From Bryobacterales bacterium (GTDB lineage: Bacteria; Acidobacteriota; Terriglobia; Bryobacterales; Bryobacteraceae): a stretch of 64,000 nt of DNA. The translations under genes were made by a program, and so were the position numbers. Where the stretch lies: the NCBI GenBank assembly GCA_963696305.1, contig CAVOJX010000015.1, positions 44,505 to 108,504 on the forward strand, written 5' to 3'. Each line of letters starts with the position of its first letter. Position 1 is the first letter of the stretch. Under the pieces are notes generated by a model that was not told where the DNA came from, made no database searches, and saw nothing but the letters and a program-made list of their open reading frames with translations. This document shows positions 1 to 8,657 of the stretch, piece by piece.

Positions 1-284
1 TAGGCGAACTCTCCGGTGTCTCGCTCGATGCTTTTCGCTTTAGTTTTCCCATAGCGGCTGAAGGAACTGTGCTGGAAGGCTGCGATCTCAACATCGAAGT
101 CGAACCGGTCACCGTCTACTGCCCTACATGCAATGCCACGGGAAAGCTCGCCTCTCTGACCCGCTTCCGCTGTCCCGTCTGCGATACTCCTACCGCCGAC
201 CTGGTATCTGGCAAGCAATTCAGTATCGTGGCTATAGATGTTGAGATGACCGACGAGCCGCACAATGAATACGCGAATTGTTGA
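1..284 (+). CDS. hypA: Hydrogenase nickel-insertion protein HypA, 5'-truncated by the window edge
   Basis: Frame 3 is open from nt 3 (GELSGVSLDAFRFSFPIAAEGTVLEG...). The C-terminal zinc site has two CxxC pairs (CPTC ... CPVC). It overlaps the hypB start by 20 nt. Confidence 0.85.
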   Translation, partial: GELSGVSLDAFRFSFPIAAEGTVLEGCDLNIEVEPVTVYCPTCNATGKLASLTRFRCPVCDTPTADLVSGKQFSIVAIDVEMTDEPHNEYANC

Positions 285-942
285 AATCCGAAAAAACGTT
301 CTGAATAAGAACGATGCCTTGGCGCACAACCTGCGCGAACAATTTCATGCGGCGAATGTCACAGTCTTTAATTGGGTATCCAGTCCTGGAACCGGCAAGA
401 CCGAACTGCTGAAACGCTGCATGACGCTGCTAAAAGAACAAGGCCTGCGTCCAGCCGCGTTGGTGGGCGATCTGGAAACCGATAACGACGCCATACGTTT
501 ATCCGAAAGCGGCGCGCCTGTGAGACAAATAGAAACGCACACCATCTGTCATCTCGAAGCTGATATGGTGGCGCGGCATCTAGAAGGATGGGATCTAAAT
601 CAGTTCGACTTCTTGTTTATCGAAAACATCGGGAATTTAGTGTGCCCGGCCGCTTGGGATCTAGGCGAACAGGTTCGCATCGTTTTGCTAAGTGCGACCG
701 AGGGTGAAGATAAACCATTAAAATATCCGAAACTGTTCCACTCAGCCGACGCTGCTGTCATCACCAAAATGGATCTGGCTACCGCCTGTGAGTTCGACAT
801 TCAACAGGCAGAGGCAAATGTGCATGCCATCCGCCCCGACATCCCCATTTGGCGCACATCGGCAAAGAAGGGTCTCGGCTTGGAAGAGTTCTGCCGGTAC
901 ATGCTTTCCGTGCGCAACCAAGCGACCGTTGTACATCCCTAA
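265..942 (+). CDS. hypB: Hydrogenase nickel-incorporation GTPase HypB
   Basis: P-loop SSPGTGKT, metal-site CH motif (THTICHLEADM), ENIGNLVCP and TKMDL G-motifs. No His-rich or N-terminal CxxCGC tract. Confidence 0.95.
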   Translation: MNTRIVEIRKNVLNKNDALAHNLREQFHAANVTVFNWVSSPGTGKTELLKRCMTLLKEQGLRPAALVGDLETDNDAIRLSESGAPVRQIETHTICHLEADMVARHLEGWDLNQFDFLFIENIGNLVCPAAWDLGEQVRIVLLSATEGEDKPLKYPKLFHSADAAVITKMDLATACEFDIQQAEANVHAIRPDIPIWRTSAKKGLGLEEFCRYMLSVRNQATVVHP

Positions 943-961
943 GTTCGTTAGACTTAGTTTA

Positions 962-2668
962 GTGCCGCTGCTTGCAGTCGCTGATAGTCACCATCTGGCC
1001 GAAGGAGAACTCCAGGCCATTCGCACAACGGCCGCGCTCACTCTGAATGAGTTGGACACGCGCATCCTGGCCGGAGCTTTAGCTAAGCAAGCCACGAGTC
1101 TGTTCCATTGCGAGCGGGCGATGATTGCCGTCCTCGAAGGCGCGGAGCCCATCTATCGCGTTGCGTTTCAAGACGGCGGTCTGACGCAAGATTTCCAACT
1201 CGAGCTTGGCCGCGACAAAAGCGCCGGCAATACCGCCATGCGCCATCAGCAAAGCTATTTTTCGAATGCTCCCGTCATTGGAACCTCTTCCGGTCCAACA
1301 TTTGCTCTATCGCGATCTTGTCGTAATCTCCTAACCGTTCCCATCCTGAATCATCAACGCACCTTAATCGGCATCATTGAAGCGCACAACCGTCAAGACC
1401 GTGCGCTGATCAATCCAAACGATGTCCGGCTGGCCGAAGTGTTTTCCTGGCAAGCTGCAGTCGGTCTCGAACGTGCCCGGCTTTACGACCGTTTGAACGA
1501 TTGGTCGCAATCGTTGGAAATGCTGCTCGGTTTCAACGCCGCGGTAAACCAGCACCTTACTCCTCAAGCCCTCATCAGGCGCTTGGTGGAAAATGCTATT
1601 CGCTTCCTAAAAGCCGATGGCGGCCAAGCGGGTCTCGCAGTTCCAACCGACCAACATGACGGTCTCTGCATGGAAAGCGAGGGCTACCTTCACAAAAGCA
1701 CTTGGCATGAGCGATTGCAGCGCTGGCCACGTATGAGCGGCCTGCCTGGTGTAGTGCTGGAGAGCGAATTTCCCTATTTGATGAACGACTATCGCGACGA
1801 CCGCAACGCCGATCCTCAGCTCATGCAAGAGTTCGGCATCAGCCGCGCGCTCTGCGTACCCATCAAAAATGCCAAGGACGAAGTTCTAGGCTTCTTTGAA
1901 CTGCACAAATCCTCCGAGGGCCTTCCGTTTACATGGCAAGACGCCGCATTCTTGGAAAGCCTTGGCAGCACCACCGCTGTTGCTATTGAGAACGCTCAGC
2001 TTCTAAAAGCTCTCGAGCGAAAGAACCTGCAAATTCGAGCCTTAAGCGCGCACAACGTGCAACGCTTGGAAGAAGAGCGGCAGCATGTCGCCAGGGAACT
2101 GCACGACGAGGCTGGCCAAGCCTTGATCGGCATCAAACTTTCGCTGCAAGTTGTCGCCAAACAGATTCCGCCGGAAATGTCATCCTTGCGCGACGAATTA
2201 GACCGACTGCGCGAGCAGGTTAACCAGGCTACCGGACGTTTGAAAGACTTAGCTCGCGGCTTGCGGCCGGCAACGCTCGATCAACTCGGTATCGAAATCG
2301 CCCTTGGCCAGTTAGGCAGCGAATTTGAACGGCTTTCCAGCGTCAAGGTCGAACTGGATATTGATCGCTTGGATCCGCCTCCCTCGCAGGATTGTGCAAC
2401 TGCGATCTATCGTATTGCCCAGGAAGCGATAACGAATACTGGGCGTTACGCCGAAGCCAAGTTAGTTCGGCTCGCTCTTTGGCGCGATGCCGGTTTGCTG
2501 TTATTTGAATTCGAGGACGACGGCAAGGGCTTTGAGATGAAACAATCAACCCAGGGCCTCGGACTGTTGGGCATGCGCGAACGGGCGCGCATACTGGGGG
2601 CGAAAATCGATATCAGTTCACGCCTCGGAAGTGGCACCAGAATTACTTTGGAAGTGACGGAAAGCTAA
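962..2668 (+). CDS. Cytosolic sensor histidine kinase, GAF-GAF-HisKA_3-HATPase_c
   Basis: The ORF is 788..2668, but residues encoded before 942 are an out-of-frame shadow of hypB. GTG at 962 is the first plausible start, with no obvious SD, so the start is uncertain. H-box ARELHDEAGQALIGIKL (HisKA_3 type). C-terminal N/G boxes (AQEAITNTGRYA, DDGKGF, GLGLLGMRERA). No TM segments. Confidence 0.85.
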   Translation: MPLLAVADSHHLAEGELQAIRTTAALTLNELDTRILAGALAKQATSLFHCERAMIAVLEGAEPIYRVAFQDGGLTQDFQLELGRDKSAGNTAMRHQQSYFSNAPVIGTSSGPTFALSRSCRNLLTVPILNHQRTLIGIIEAHNRQDRALINPNDVRLAEVFSWQAAVGLERARLYDRLNDWSQSLEMLLGFNAAVNQHLTPQALIRRLVENAIRFLKADGGQAGLAVPTDQHDGLCMESEGYLHKSTWHERLQRWPRMSGLPGVVLESEFPYLMNDYRDDRNADPQLMQEFGISRALCVPIKNAKDEVLGFFELHKSSEGLPFTWQDAAFLESLGSTTAVAIENAQLLKALERKNLQIRALSAHNVQRLEEERQHVARELHDEAGQALIGIKLSLQVVAKQIPPEMSSLRDELDRLREQVNQATGRLKDLARGLRPATLDQLGIEIALGQLGSEFERLSSVKVELDIDRLDPPPSQDCATAIYRIAQEAITNTGRYAEAKLVRLALWRDAGLLLFEFEDDGKGFEMKQSTQGLGLLGMRERARILGAKIDISSRLGSGTRITLEVTES

Positions 2669-2675
2669 GTAAACG

Positions 2676-3332
2676 ATGAGTGTGAAGTGGAATGACCAGT
2701 ACCGAGTTTTTCTCGCCGACGATCACAACGTCGTGCGCAAAGGGCTTGCCAGTCTGCTTGAATCCGATCCCAGGTTGAAAGTAGTGGGCGAAGCCAGCAC
2801 GGGGGAAGAAGTTTTGGACGCAGTCGAAAAGCTGGATTTCGACTTGCTGCTCATCGACCTTCAGATGCCGCGCCTCAACGGTCTGGAAACCATTCGCCGT
2901 ATCGGCAAACGTTCCAAACCGAAGATATTGGTGCTTTCCATGTACGATGATGCCCAGTTTGTTTCGCAAGCTTTAGAGTACGGTGCCCGCGGATACTTGC
3001 TCAAACATGCCTTCGACGATCTGCTATTTGCCGCCATCGAAGCCATCATGCGCGGCGAAACGTATATCTGTCCCAGTATTGACATGAGCCGCGTACGCGC
3101 CTTGGAAAAAGATCATTTGGATTTAACCTCGCGCGAAAGGGAAGTGCTGCAACTCATCGCGGAAGGCTGTACAACGCAAGCGTTGGCCGAGACTCTAGGC
3201 ATAAGTCCACACACAGCAACCCGCCATCGCGCCAACTTGATGCAAAAATTAGACGCCCACAACCAGGTCGAACTGCTTCGCAACGCTAGCCGCAAAGGCC
3301 TGATTCTCATGCCACAGCGGCTTCAAGAATAA
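2676..3332 (+). CDS. NarL/FixJ-family response regulator (REC + LuxR-type HTH)
   Basis: Receiver motifs (LADDH, LLLIDLQMP, VLSMY). C-terminal LTSREREVLQLIAEGCTTQALAETLGISPHTATRHRANLMQKL. Starts 8 nt after the kinase stop. Confidence 0.9.
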   Translation: MSVKWNDQYRVFLADDHNVVRKGLASLLESDPRLKVVGEASTGEEVLDAVEKLDFDLLLIDLQMPRLNGLETIRRIGKRSKPKILVLSMYDDAQFVSQALEYGARGYLLKHAFDDLLFAAIEAIMRGETYICPSIDMSRVRALEKDHLDLTSREREVLQLIAEGCTTQALAETLGISPHTATRHRANLMQKLDAHNQVELLRNASRKGLILMPQRLQE

Positions 3333-3420
3333 CTTTTCTTGCAAATTACACACTTCTTGCTATTCCGTAAGACCACTTGTCGAGATAGAACTTAATACGG
3401 ACATTAAGGAGAACACCGGA

Positions 3421-4392
3421 ATGGCTTCTTTACTTTGGCTGCAGGGTGGCGCTTGCAGCGGCAATACCATGTCGTTCTTAAATGCGGAGGAACCAAGCGC
3501 TTGTGATTTGGTTACCGACTTCGGCATTGACGTTGCATGGCACCCCTCGCTGGGCATGGAACTCGGCGATAACGCCAAAAAGATTTTCAATGACATGGCG
3601 TCCGGCAAGCGGCCGTTAGACATCTTCGTTTTCGAAGGCACGGTCATCCAAGGTCCAAACGGTTCTGGCCGCTTCAACATGTTCGCTGACAGGCCAATGA
3701 AGGATTGGGTAAAGGAACTTTGTGCCGTCGCTGGAGCCGTGGTCGCGCTTGGCGATTGTGCCTGTTGGGGCGGCATTCCCGCAACCGAGCCTAACCCTGT
3801 GGACAATGTCGGTTTGCAATTTTTGAAGCGCAAACACGGTGGTTTTCTCGGTTCCGACTTCAAATCAAAATGGGGATTGCCGGTAATCAATATTCCGGGT
3901 TGCCCAACCCACCCGGATTGGGTAACACAGATTTTAGTTGCTGTCGCCTCCGGACGCGCCAAAGATCTGGCTTTGGACGATTTGCAGCGCCCCGCGACAT
4001 TCTTCAAAAGCTTCACGCAGACCGGCTGTACGCGCGTTCAGTTTTTCGAATACAAACAATCTCCACCTGAGTTCGGGCAGGGAACTCGCACCGGTTGCTT
4101 GTTCTATGAATTCGGTTGCCGTGGCCCCATGACGCATTCGCCTTGCAATCGGATTTTGTGGAACCGTCAAAGTTCCAAAACGCGCGCGGGCATGCCATGC
4201 ACTGGCTGCACAGAGCCCGAGTTTCCGTTCCACGACCTAAAGCCCGGCACTGTGTTCAAGACTCAGAAGATCAGCGGAACCATTCCGAAAGAAGTTCCAA
4301 CTGGCACCGACCACGTGACATACATGGCTCACGCCGCCGCCGCGCGCATTGCCGCGCCGCAATGGGCCAAAGAGGATATGTTCGTCGTCTAG
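3421..4392 (+). CDS. hupS: [NiFe]-hydrogenase small subunit, no Tat signal peptide (cyanobacterial HupS / Huc-like, group 2a-like)
   Basis: Begins directly at the conserved LWLQGGACSGNTMSFLNAEEP block. Also GDCACWGG, IPGCPTHP and C-terminal Fe-S Cys clusters (GCLFYEFGCRGP, MPCTGCTEPEF). SD aaggag lies upstream. Confidence 0.95.
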   Translation: MASLLWLQGGACSGNTMSFLNAEEPSACDLVTDFGIDVAWHPSLGMELGDNAKKIFNDMASGKRPLDIFVFEGTVIQGPNGSGRFNMFADRPMKDWVKELCAVAGAVVALGDCACWGGIPATEPNPVDNVGLQFLKRKHGGFLGSDFKSKWGLPVINIPGCPTHPDWVTQILVAVASGRAKDLALDDLQRPATFFKSFTQTGCTRVQFFEYKQSPPEFGQGTRTGCLFYEFGCRGPMTHSPCNRILWNRQSSKTRAGMPCTGCTEPEFPFHDLKPGTVFKTQKISGTIPKEVPTGTDHVTYMAHAAAARIAAPQWAKEDMFVV

Positions 4393-4430
4393 TTGCACCC
4401 GAAGAAAGGTTAAACAGGAGAAAACAGTAA

Positions 4431-6056
4431 ATGGCTACCACCACGCTCGTGCCACCGCAGGAAATGCGCATTAGTCCGCTAGGTCGCGTTGAAGGCGATC
4501 TCGATTTGAAAGTCGCCATTCGGGACGGCGTTGTCACCGACGCTTGGACTGAAGCCAGCATGTTCCGCGGTTTTGAAATCATCTTGAAGGGCAAAGATCC
4601 GCAAGCCGGTTTAATCGTCACTCCCAGAATTTGTGGAATCTGCGGCGGCAGCCATCTTTACAAAGCCTGCTACGCGCTCGACACTGCATGGAAGACGCAC
4701 GTTCCGAAGAACGCAACGTTGATTCGCAATATTGCCCAGGGCTGCGAGACACTGCAATCTATCCCTCGTTGGTACTACGCGCTGTTCGCCATCGACCTGA
4801 CAAATAAAAACTACTCGAAGCACCCCATGTATGACGAGGCCGTGCGTCGCTACGCTCCCTTTGTCGGAACCGCATACGAGAAAGGCGTCACCTTGTCGGG
4901 AAAGCCCGTCGAAGTCTATGCTATTTTCGGTGGTCAATGGCCGCATTCCAGTTTCATGATTCCAGGCGGCGTAATGTGCGCTCCCACTCTCTCCGACGTA
5001 ACACGTTCCATCGCCATCCTTGAGTATTGGAAGAACGAGTGGTTAGAGAAGGAATGGCTGGGATGTTCGCTTGATCGCTGGTTGGCGATCAAAAGCTGGA
5101 AGGACATGTTGGCTTGGGCCGACGAAAACGATTCCCAACGCAACAGCGACTGTGGCTTCCTCATCCGTTACGGCCATGAGATTGGATTAGACAAATTCGG
5201 AAAGGGCTGTGGCGCATTTCTTTCCACTGGCACATTCTTCCAACCAGAGCTTTATGAGAATCCCACCATCGACGGCCGCAACGCTGCTTTGATTGCCCGC
5301 TCCGGGGTCTACGATGGCAAAGATTTTCACGATTTTGACCAAGCCGCCGTTCGCGAAGACACTACCCACAGTCACTATCGCGGCAACACCTATTTGCACC
5401 CCTTCGACGGCGTCACAGAGCCGATTGATCCAGCCGATGGACACAAGCAAGGCAAATATTCATGGGCCAAGAGCCCGCGCTACGAAGTTCCTGGCATTGG
5501 CAGCTTACCGCTCGAAGCCGGACCGCTCTCCAGGCAGGTGATCGCCGGACGCCCGGCTACTGCTGCACATCAGGATTACGATCCGGTATTCCTAGATGCC
5601 ATTAGAACCGTTGGTCCCAGTGTCTTAGTTCGCGTCCTTGCGCGTACGCATGAGCTGGCGAAATACTACAAGAACGTTCGCAAATGGATTGATCAACTCG
5701 ACCTGCACGATAAGTTCTACTCCAAGCCAACCGAGTATGCCGAAGGACGCGGATTCGGTTCTACCGAAGCTGCTCGCGGCGCGCTGTCCGATTGGATCAC
5801 CATCAAGAACGGCCAAATCGAAAACTATCAAGTGGTCACGCCAACTGCTTGGAACATCGGCCCCATGGACGGCAAAAATGTTCACGGGCCAATGGAACAG
5901 GCCTTTATCGGCACTCCGATCGCGGATGTCAATGACCCGGTAGAACTCGGGCACGTGGCTCGCAGCTTTGACTCGTGTCTGGTGTGTACGGTCCACGCTT
6001 ACGACGAGAAAACCGGTCAGGAACTGTCTAGTTTCCGAATCGGCGATTCCTGCTAA
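4431..6056 (+). CDS. hupL: [NiFe]-hydrogenase large subunit
   Basis: N-terminal RVEGDL and Ni-Fe ligand motif RICGICGGSH. C-terminal ligand motif DSCLVCTVH followed by a 19-aa extension, the substrate for the downstream protease. Confidence 0.95.
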   Translation: MATTTLVPPQEMRISPLGRVEGDLDLKVAIRDGVVTDAWTEASMFRGFEIILKGKDPQAGLIVTPRICGICGGSHLYKACYALDTAWKTHVPKNATLIRNIAQGCETLQSIPRWYYALFAIDLTNKNYSKHPMYDEAVRRYAPFVGTAYEKGVTLSGKPVEVYAIFGGQWPHSSFMIPGGVMCAPTLSDVTRSIAILEYWKNEWLEKEWLGCSLDRWLAIKSWKDMLAWADENDSQRNSDCGFLIRYGHEIGLDKFGKGCGAFLSTGTFFQPELYENPTIDGRNAALIARSGVYDGKDFHDFDQAAVREDTTHSHYRGNTYLHPFDGVTEPIDPADGHKQGKYSWAKSPRYEVPGIGSLPLEAGPLSRQVIAGRPATAAHQDYDPVFLDAIRTVGPSVLVRVLARTHELAKYYKNVRKWIDQLDLHDKFYSKPTEYAEGRGFGSTEAARGALSDWITIKNGQIENYQVVTPTAWNIGPMDGKNVHGPMEQAFIGTPIADVNDPVELGHVARSFDSCLVCTVHAYDEKTGQELSSFRIGDSC

Positions 6057-6068
6057 AGTAGTCGCATC

Positions 6069-6581
6069 ATGCCTTCGCTCGACGCGCCTGCGCGTTTGTT
6101 GATTATCGGGTGCGGCAATCTATTGCGCGGAGACGACGCCTTCGGTCCCGTCGTTGTGCGAAAGCTTTGGGAGATCGGTCTACCGGATGGCGTTCGTTGT
6201 GCTGACGGCGGCACCGGCGGTATGGACGTTGCCTTTCAAATGCGCGGCGCAAAACGAGTCATCCTTATCGACGCTTGCCGCAGCGGTTCGGAGCCCGGAA
6301 CGCTATTTAAAGTTCCTGGTGAACAACTCGCCACCACTCCGCCGCTGACCGGCATTCATACTCACGCGTTTCGATGGGACCACGCACTGGCGTTTGGAAA
6401 GTGGCTGCTGAAAGCCGACTATCCTAGCGACATTGCTGTCTATCTCGCCGAAGCTACTTGCCTTGAATTAGGCGCTCCCTTGTCTGCGCCAATGGAAAGT
6501 GCAGCGGACAAGCTAATTGAAATTTTAAAGGCCGAAATGCGCGTTCCGGAGACCAGCACAGATGCGGTCGTGTCTGCTTGA
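6069..6581 (+). CDS. hupD: Hydrogenase maturation endopeptidase (HupD/HyaD/HupW family)
   Basis: LLIIGCGNLLRGDDAFGPVVV and GGTGGMDVAF motifs, about 170 aa, immediately downstream of the large subunit. Confidence 0.9.
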   Translation: MPSLDAPARLLIIGCGNLLRGDDAFGPVVVRKLWEIGLPDGVRCADGGTGGMDVAFQMRGAKRVILIDACRSGSEPGTLFKVPGEQLATTPPLTGIHTHAFRWDHALAFGKWLLKADYPSDIAVYLAEATCLELGAPLSAPMESAADKLIEILKAEMRVPETSTDAVVSA

Positions 6582-6867
6582 TTACGACGAGCGCGGCTAC
6601 CTGCTTGTCCCAAGTCAGGTTGCACAAGCCTGTTTTCCCAACGATGTACTTGTCGCCTTACCAAAACAAGGCGAAATCTGGCTTGTGCCTCTGCGCGGCG
6701 CAGCCGCTGGAGGGTTGCTGCTTAAACAGCGCAATGCCGCTGGAGACCGTAGCGTCCTCTTGTGGGAACAACTTCCGCCTGGCACAAAAGCCGGTAAGTG
6801 GCCCGCATTTTGGGATGAGGCAAACGGCGCCTTACGCGTGGCGTTTGGAGCTGGCGAACATGCCTGA
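6562..6867 (+). CDS. Hydrogenase-cluster hypothetical protein (101 aa)
   Basis: ORF overlaps the protease stop by 20 nt, and its own stop overlaps the next ATG. No motif recognised. Confidence 0.55.
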   Translation: MRSCLLDYDERGYLLVPSQVAQACFPNDVLVALPKQGEIWLVPLRGAAAGGLLLKQRNAAGDRSVLLWEQLPPGTKAGKWPAFWDEANGALRVAFGAGEHA

Positions 6868-7066
6868 GCCCAGTTTAGGCCTACGCGCTGAAGTGCGACA
6901 AGAAAACGGCCGCTGGGTCGTGTATCTTTGCTCTGTGTTCTGGGCCGCCGATTTGGACACTCCATTGCAAACGGTTGTGCGTCGAATTAAAGACTATTCA
7001 ACCAAACGAGAAGCCGAAGTGGCTGCACGCTGGATGGAAAGGTGTGCTGATAGAAATTCCGCATGA
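6860..7066 (+). CDS. Hydrogenase-cluster hypothetical small protein (68 aa)
   Basis: The internal ATG at 6860 of ORF 6578..7066 overlaps the upstream stop (ATGCCTGA). Its own stop overlaps the next start (ATGA at 7063). The part of the ORF upstream of 6860 is a shadow of the previous gene. Confidence 0.5.
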   Translation: MPEPSLGLRAEVRQENGRWVVYLCSVFWAADLDTPLQTVVRRIKDYSTKREAEVAARWMERCADRNSA

Positions 7067-8337
7067 CGATCCAAGTTAGACCGCAACCTATTGGTTATTT
7101 TCCGTTTCCGGCTGGTCTTCTCCTGCTGTCAAATACAAGCAGCGATCATGCCGGCGCGCTTAAGAACCTATTATTGGGAGAAATTCCTGAAGTTTTTCCA
7201 GACGAATGGCGATACTTTTTCCTGGCGTTGCGCGGCGAACGCGCTGCTGCTTTCGAACTTTTAGAGGCCGACGAAAGCCCACTCGGTAGTTACAATCGCT
7301 TTGTCCTCAGTGGCGATCCCGAGCTACTAGAGCAGTTGGAAGCACAAGGCGATGCGTTAATCCTTGCACTCGCCAGGGCTGTCGCCTACACCTTAGGATT
7401 GTCAGATTTTTCACCGGATCCCGGCTCAGCCGATGGCGAATTACGCGCCATGCTGGCCATGGTTGGCGCGGCGCACGCGATTGAGAAAAAACAAACTAAT
7501 CAGGCTGTAGAATTGCTTACTACCGGTATCGATGCCAGCGCCCAAAGTCCCTTGCTGGCCGCCCATCTTCTCGATCAACGCGCGCAACTACGGCGCGAGC
7601 AGCAAAGCGGAGGTCTCGCCATGCAAGACTGGCACCAGGCGCTTTGTTTGGCCGCAAATACGCACCTGCCTGAGCTTTTGGCGCATCTGCATCTCTCATT
7701 GGGGTCGGCCTTTCACGAAAGCGCAAATGGCCAGCGTGGCCCACTAGAACAGGCAGCCAAGCATTACCAGCAAGCCTTGTCGAATGGCTACTCGCTGGAA
7801 CAAAATCCCGAAATGTTCGCCTGGACCCAGCAGCAGTTGGCTGTGACGTACCTGGCCATGCCCCTGCAATCTGCGTCTGACCCATTGCGCATGGCCATAG
7901 CGGTGCAAAGTCTGCGTGAGGCTTTGAAGGTCTATACCAAAGAAACTCATTTGCAGCTTTGGACTGTAACCCAGCTCAATTTAGCCAATGCTTTGCAGTA
8001 TTTACCTAGCGCCCATCCGAAAGAAAATCTAGTTCAGGCCGTTGAGATTTATGAGCAATTACTACCGTTCCGCGAGCGCGCGTTCGACCCGGTGGGATAT
8101 GCGCGATTGCTATTCAATCAAGCCAACGCCCTCGCGCACCTCGGCGTTTTTCAACCCGCGCTGGAAAAATTGAATGAGGCCCACAAGTTATTCCATTGGC
8201 ACGATGAGCGGTCGCTCGCGGCTAGCGCTCTAGAACAGGTGGCGCATATCAATGAATTGATTGCCAGCCAAACACCATTGAAATCTGGAGTCGCGGATCG
8301 AATCTCCACGAAAAGCAATATTTTGATTTTCTTTTAA
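7063..8337 (+). CDS. Helical-repeat (TPR-like) protein of unknown function in the hydrogenase cluster
   Basis: 424-aa Leu/Ala/Gln-rich protein with repeated helical-hairpin-like segments (e.g. LNLANALQYLP..AVEIYEQLL, LLFNQANALAHLGVFQPALEKL). ATGA-coupled to the upstream ORF. Confidence 0.6.
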   Translation: MTIQVRPQPIGYFPFPAGLLLLSNTSSDHAGALKNLLLGEIPEVFPDEWRYFFLALRGERAAAFELLEADESPLGSYNRFVLSGDPELLEQLEAQGDALILALARAVAYTLGLSDFSPDPGSADGELRAMLAMVGAAHAIEKKQTNQAVELLTTGIDASAQSPLLAAHLLDQRAQLRREQQSGGLAMQDWHQALCLAANTHLPELLAHLHLSLGSAFHESANGQRGPLEQAAKHYQQALSNGYSLEQNPEMFAWTQQQLAVTYLAMPLQSASDPLRMAIAVQSLREALKVYTKETHLQLWTVTQLNLANALQYLPSAHPKENLVQAVEIYEQLLPFRERAFDPVGYARLLFNQANALAHLGVFQPALEKLNEAHKLFHWHDERSLAASALEQVAHINELIASQTPLKSGVADRISTKSNILIFF

Positions 8338-8366
8338 CCAACGCCGTTGAACGCTTTGTCGAACGG

Positions 8367-8657
8367 TTGGAACAGCGCAACGCTGGAGCCCAGAACGCTC
8401 TTGCGAGATTACGGTCGAATCCCAATGCGGAAGGCGTCTGGCTGGATGATTTTACGCGCGCGCTGTTTCGCGATTTTCTGTTGGATAACGTGGACGGCTA
8501 TTGCTTCATATTAAGCGCGCTCGCGCGTCGGCATGCTCACGCGGTACCTGCTTCAACCATTGAAGACGCTTTAGCATCGTTGGCGCATCATGCGTTTTCC
8601 GAGGTTCTGCGCGCAAAAACGGAAGAGCTCCTGGAGAAGCATTTGGCGGTAGCATGA
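8367..8657 (+). CDS. Hydrogenase-cluster hypothetical protein (96 aa)
   Basis: TTG start. The stop overlaps the start of the NifU-Rieske gene (ATGA at 8654). No motif recognised. Confidence 0.5.
   Translation: MEQRNAGAQNALARLRSNPNAEGVWLDDFTRALFRDFLLDNVDGYCFILSALARRHAHAVPASTIEDALASLAHHAFSEVLRAKTEELLEKHLAVA

Noticed and set aside
788-961. N-terminal 58 codons of the long ORF 788..2668 (kinase)
   Set aside because: This stretch overlaps hypB in another frame and translates to Arg/Ser/Pro-rich nonsense. The GAF domain begins after 962.
3360-4016. 218-aa minus-strand ORF antisense to hupS. Similar long antisense or off-frame ORFs also occur: 8887..9489, 18784..19476, 20556..21173, 21383..21943, 22498..23106, 31617..32204, 34150..34731, 49777..50652, 51766..52494, 57685..58296, 57736..58455, 60726..61388.
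   Set aside because: These are shadow ORFs typical of GC-rich coding DNA. Each lies wholly inside a gene with strong family motifs on the other strand or frame, and has skewed (Arg/Ser/Pro/Ala-rich) composition.
5950-5990. Possibility of a [NiFeSe] hydrogenase, given the Sec candidate elsewhere
   Set aside because: The C-terminal ligand motif is encoded as DSCLVCTVH with ordinary Cys codons. There is no in-frame TGA.
4431-6056. Possibility that the hydrogenase is a sensory (group 2b, HoxBC-like) enzyme, because a kinase/regulator pair is adjacent
   Set aside because: The large subunit keeps a C-terminal extension and a dedicated protease, which regulatory hydrogenases lack as far as I recall. 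The small-subunit N-terminus differs from the HoxB-type motif. The kinase has GAF rather than PAS input, and the regulator is NarL-type, not NtrC-type. A regulatory link is kept as a hypothesis only.
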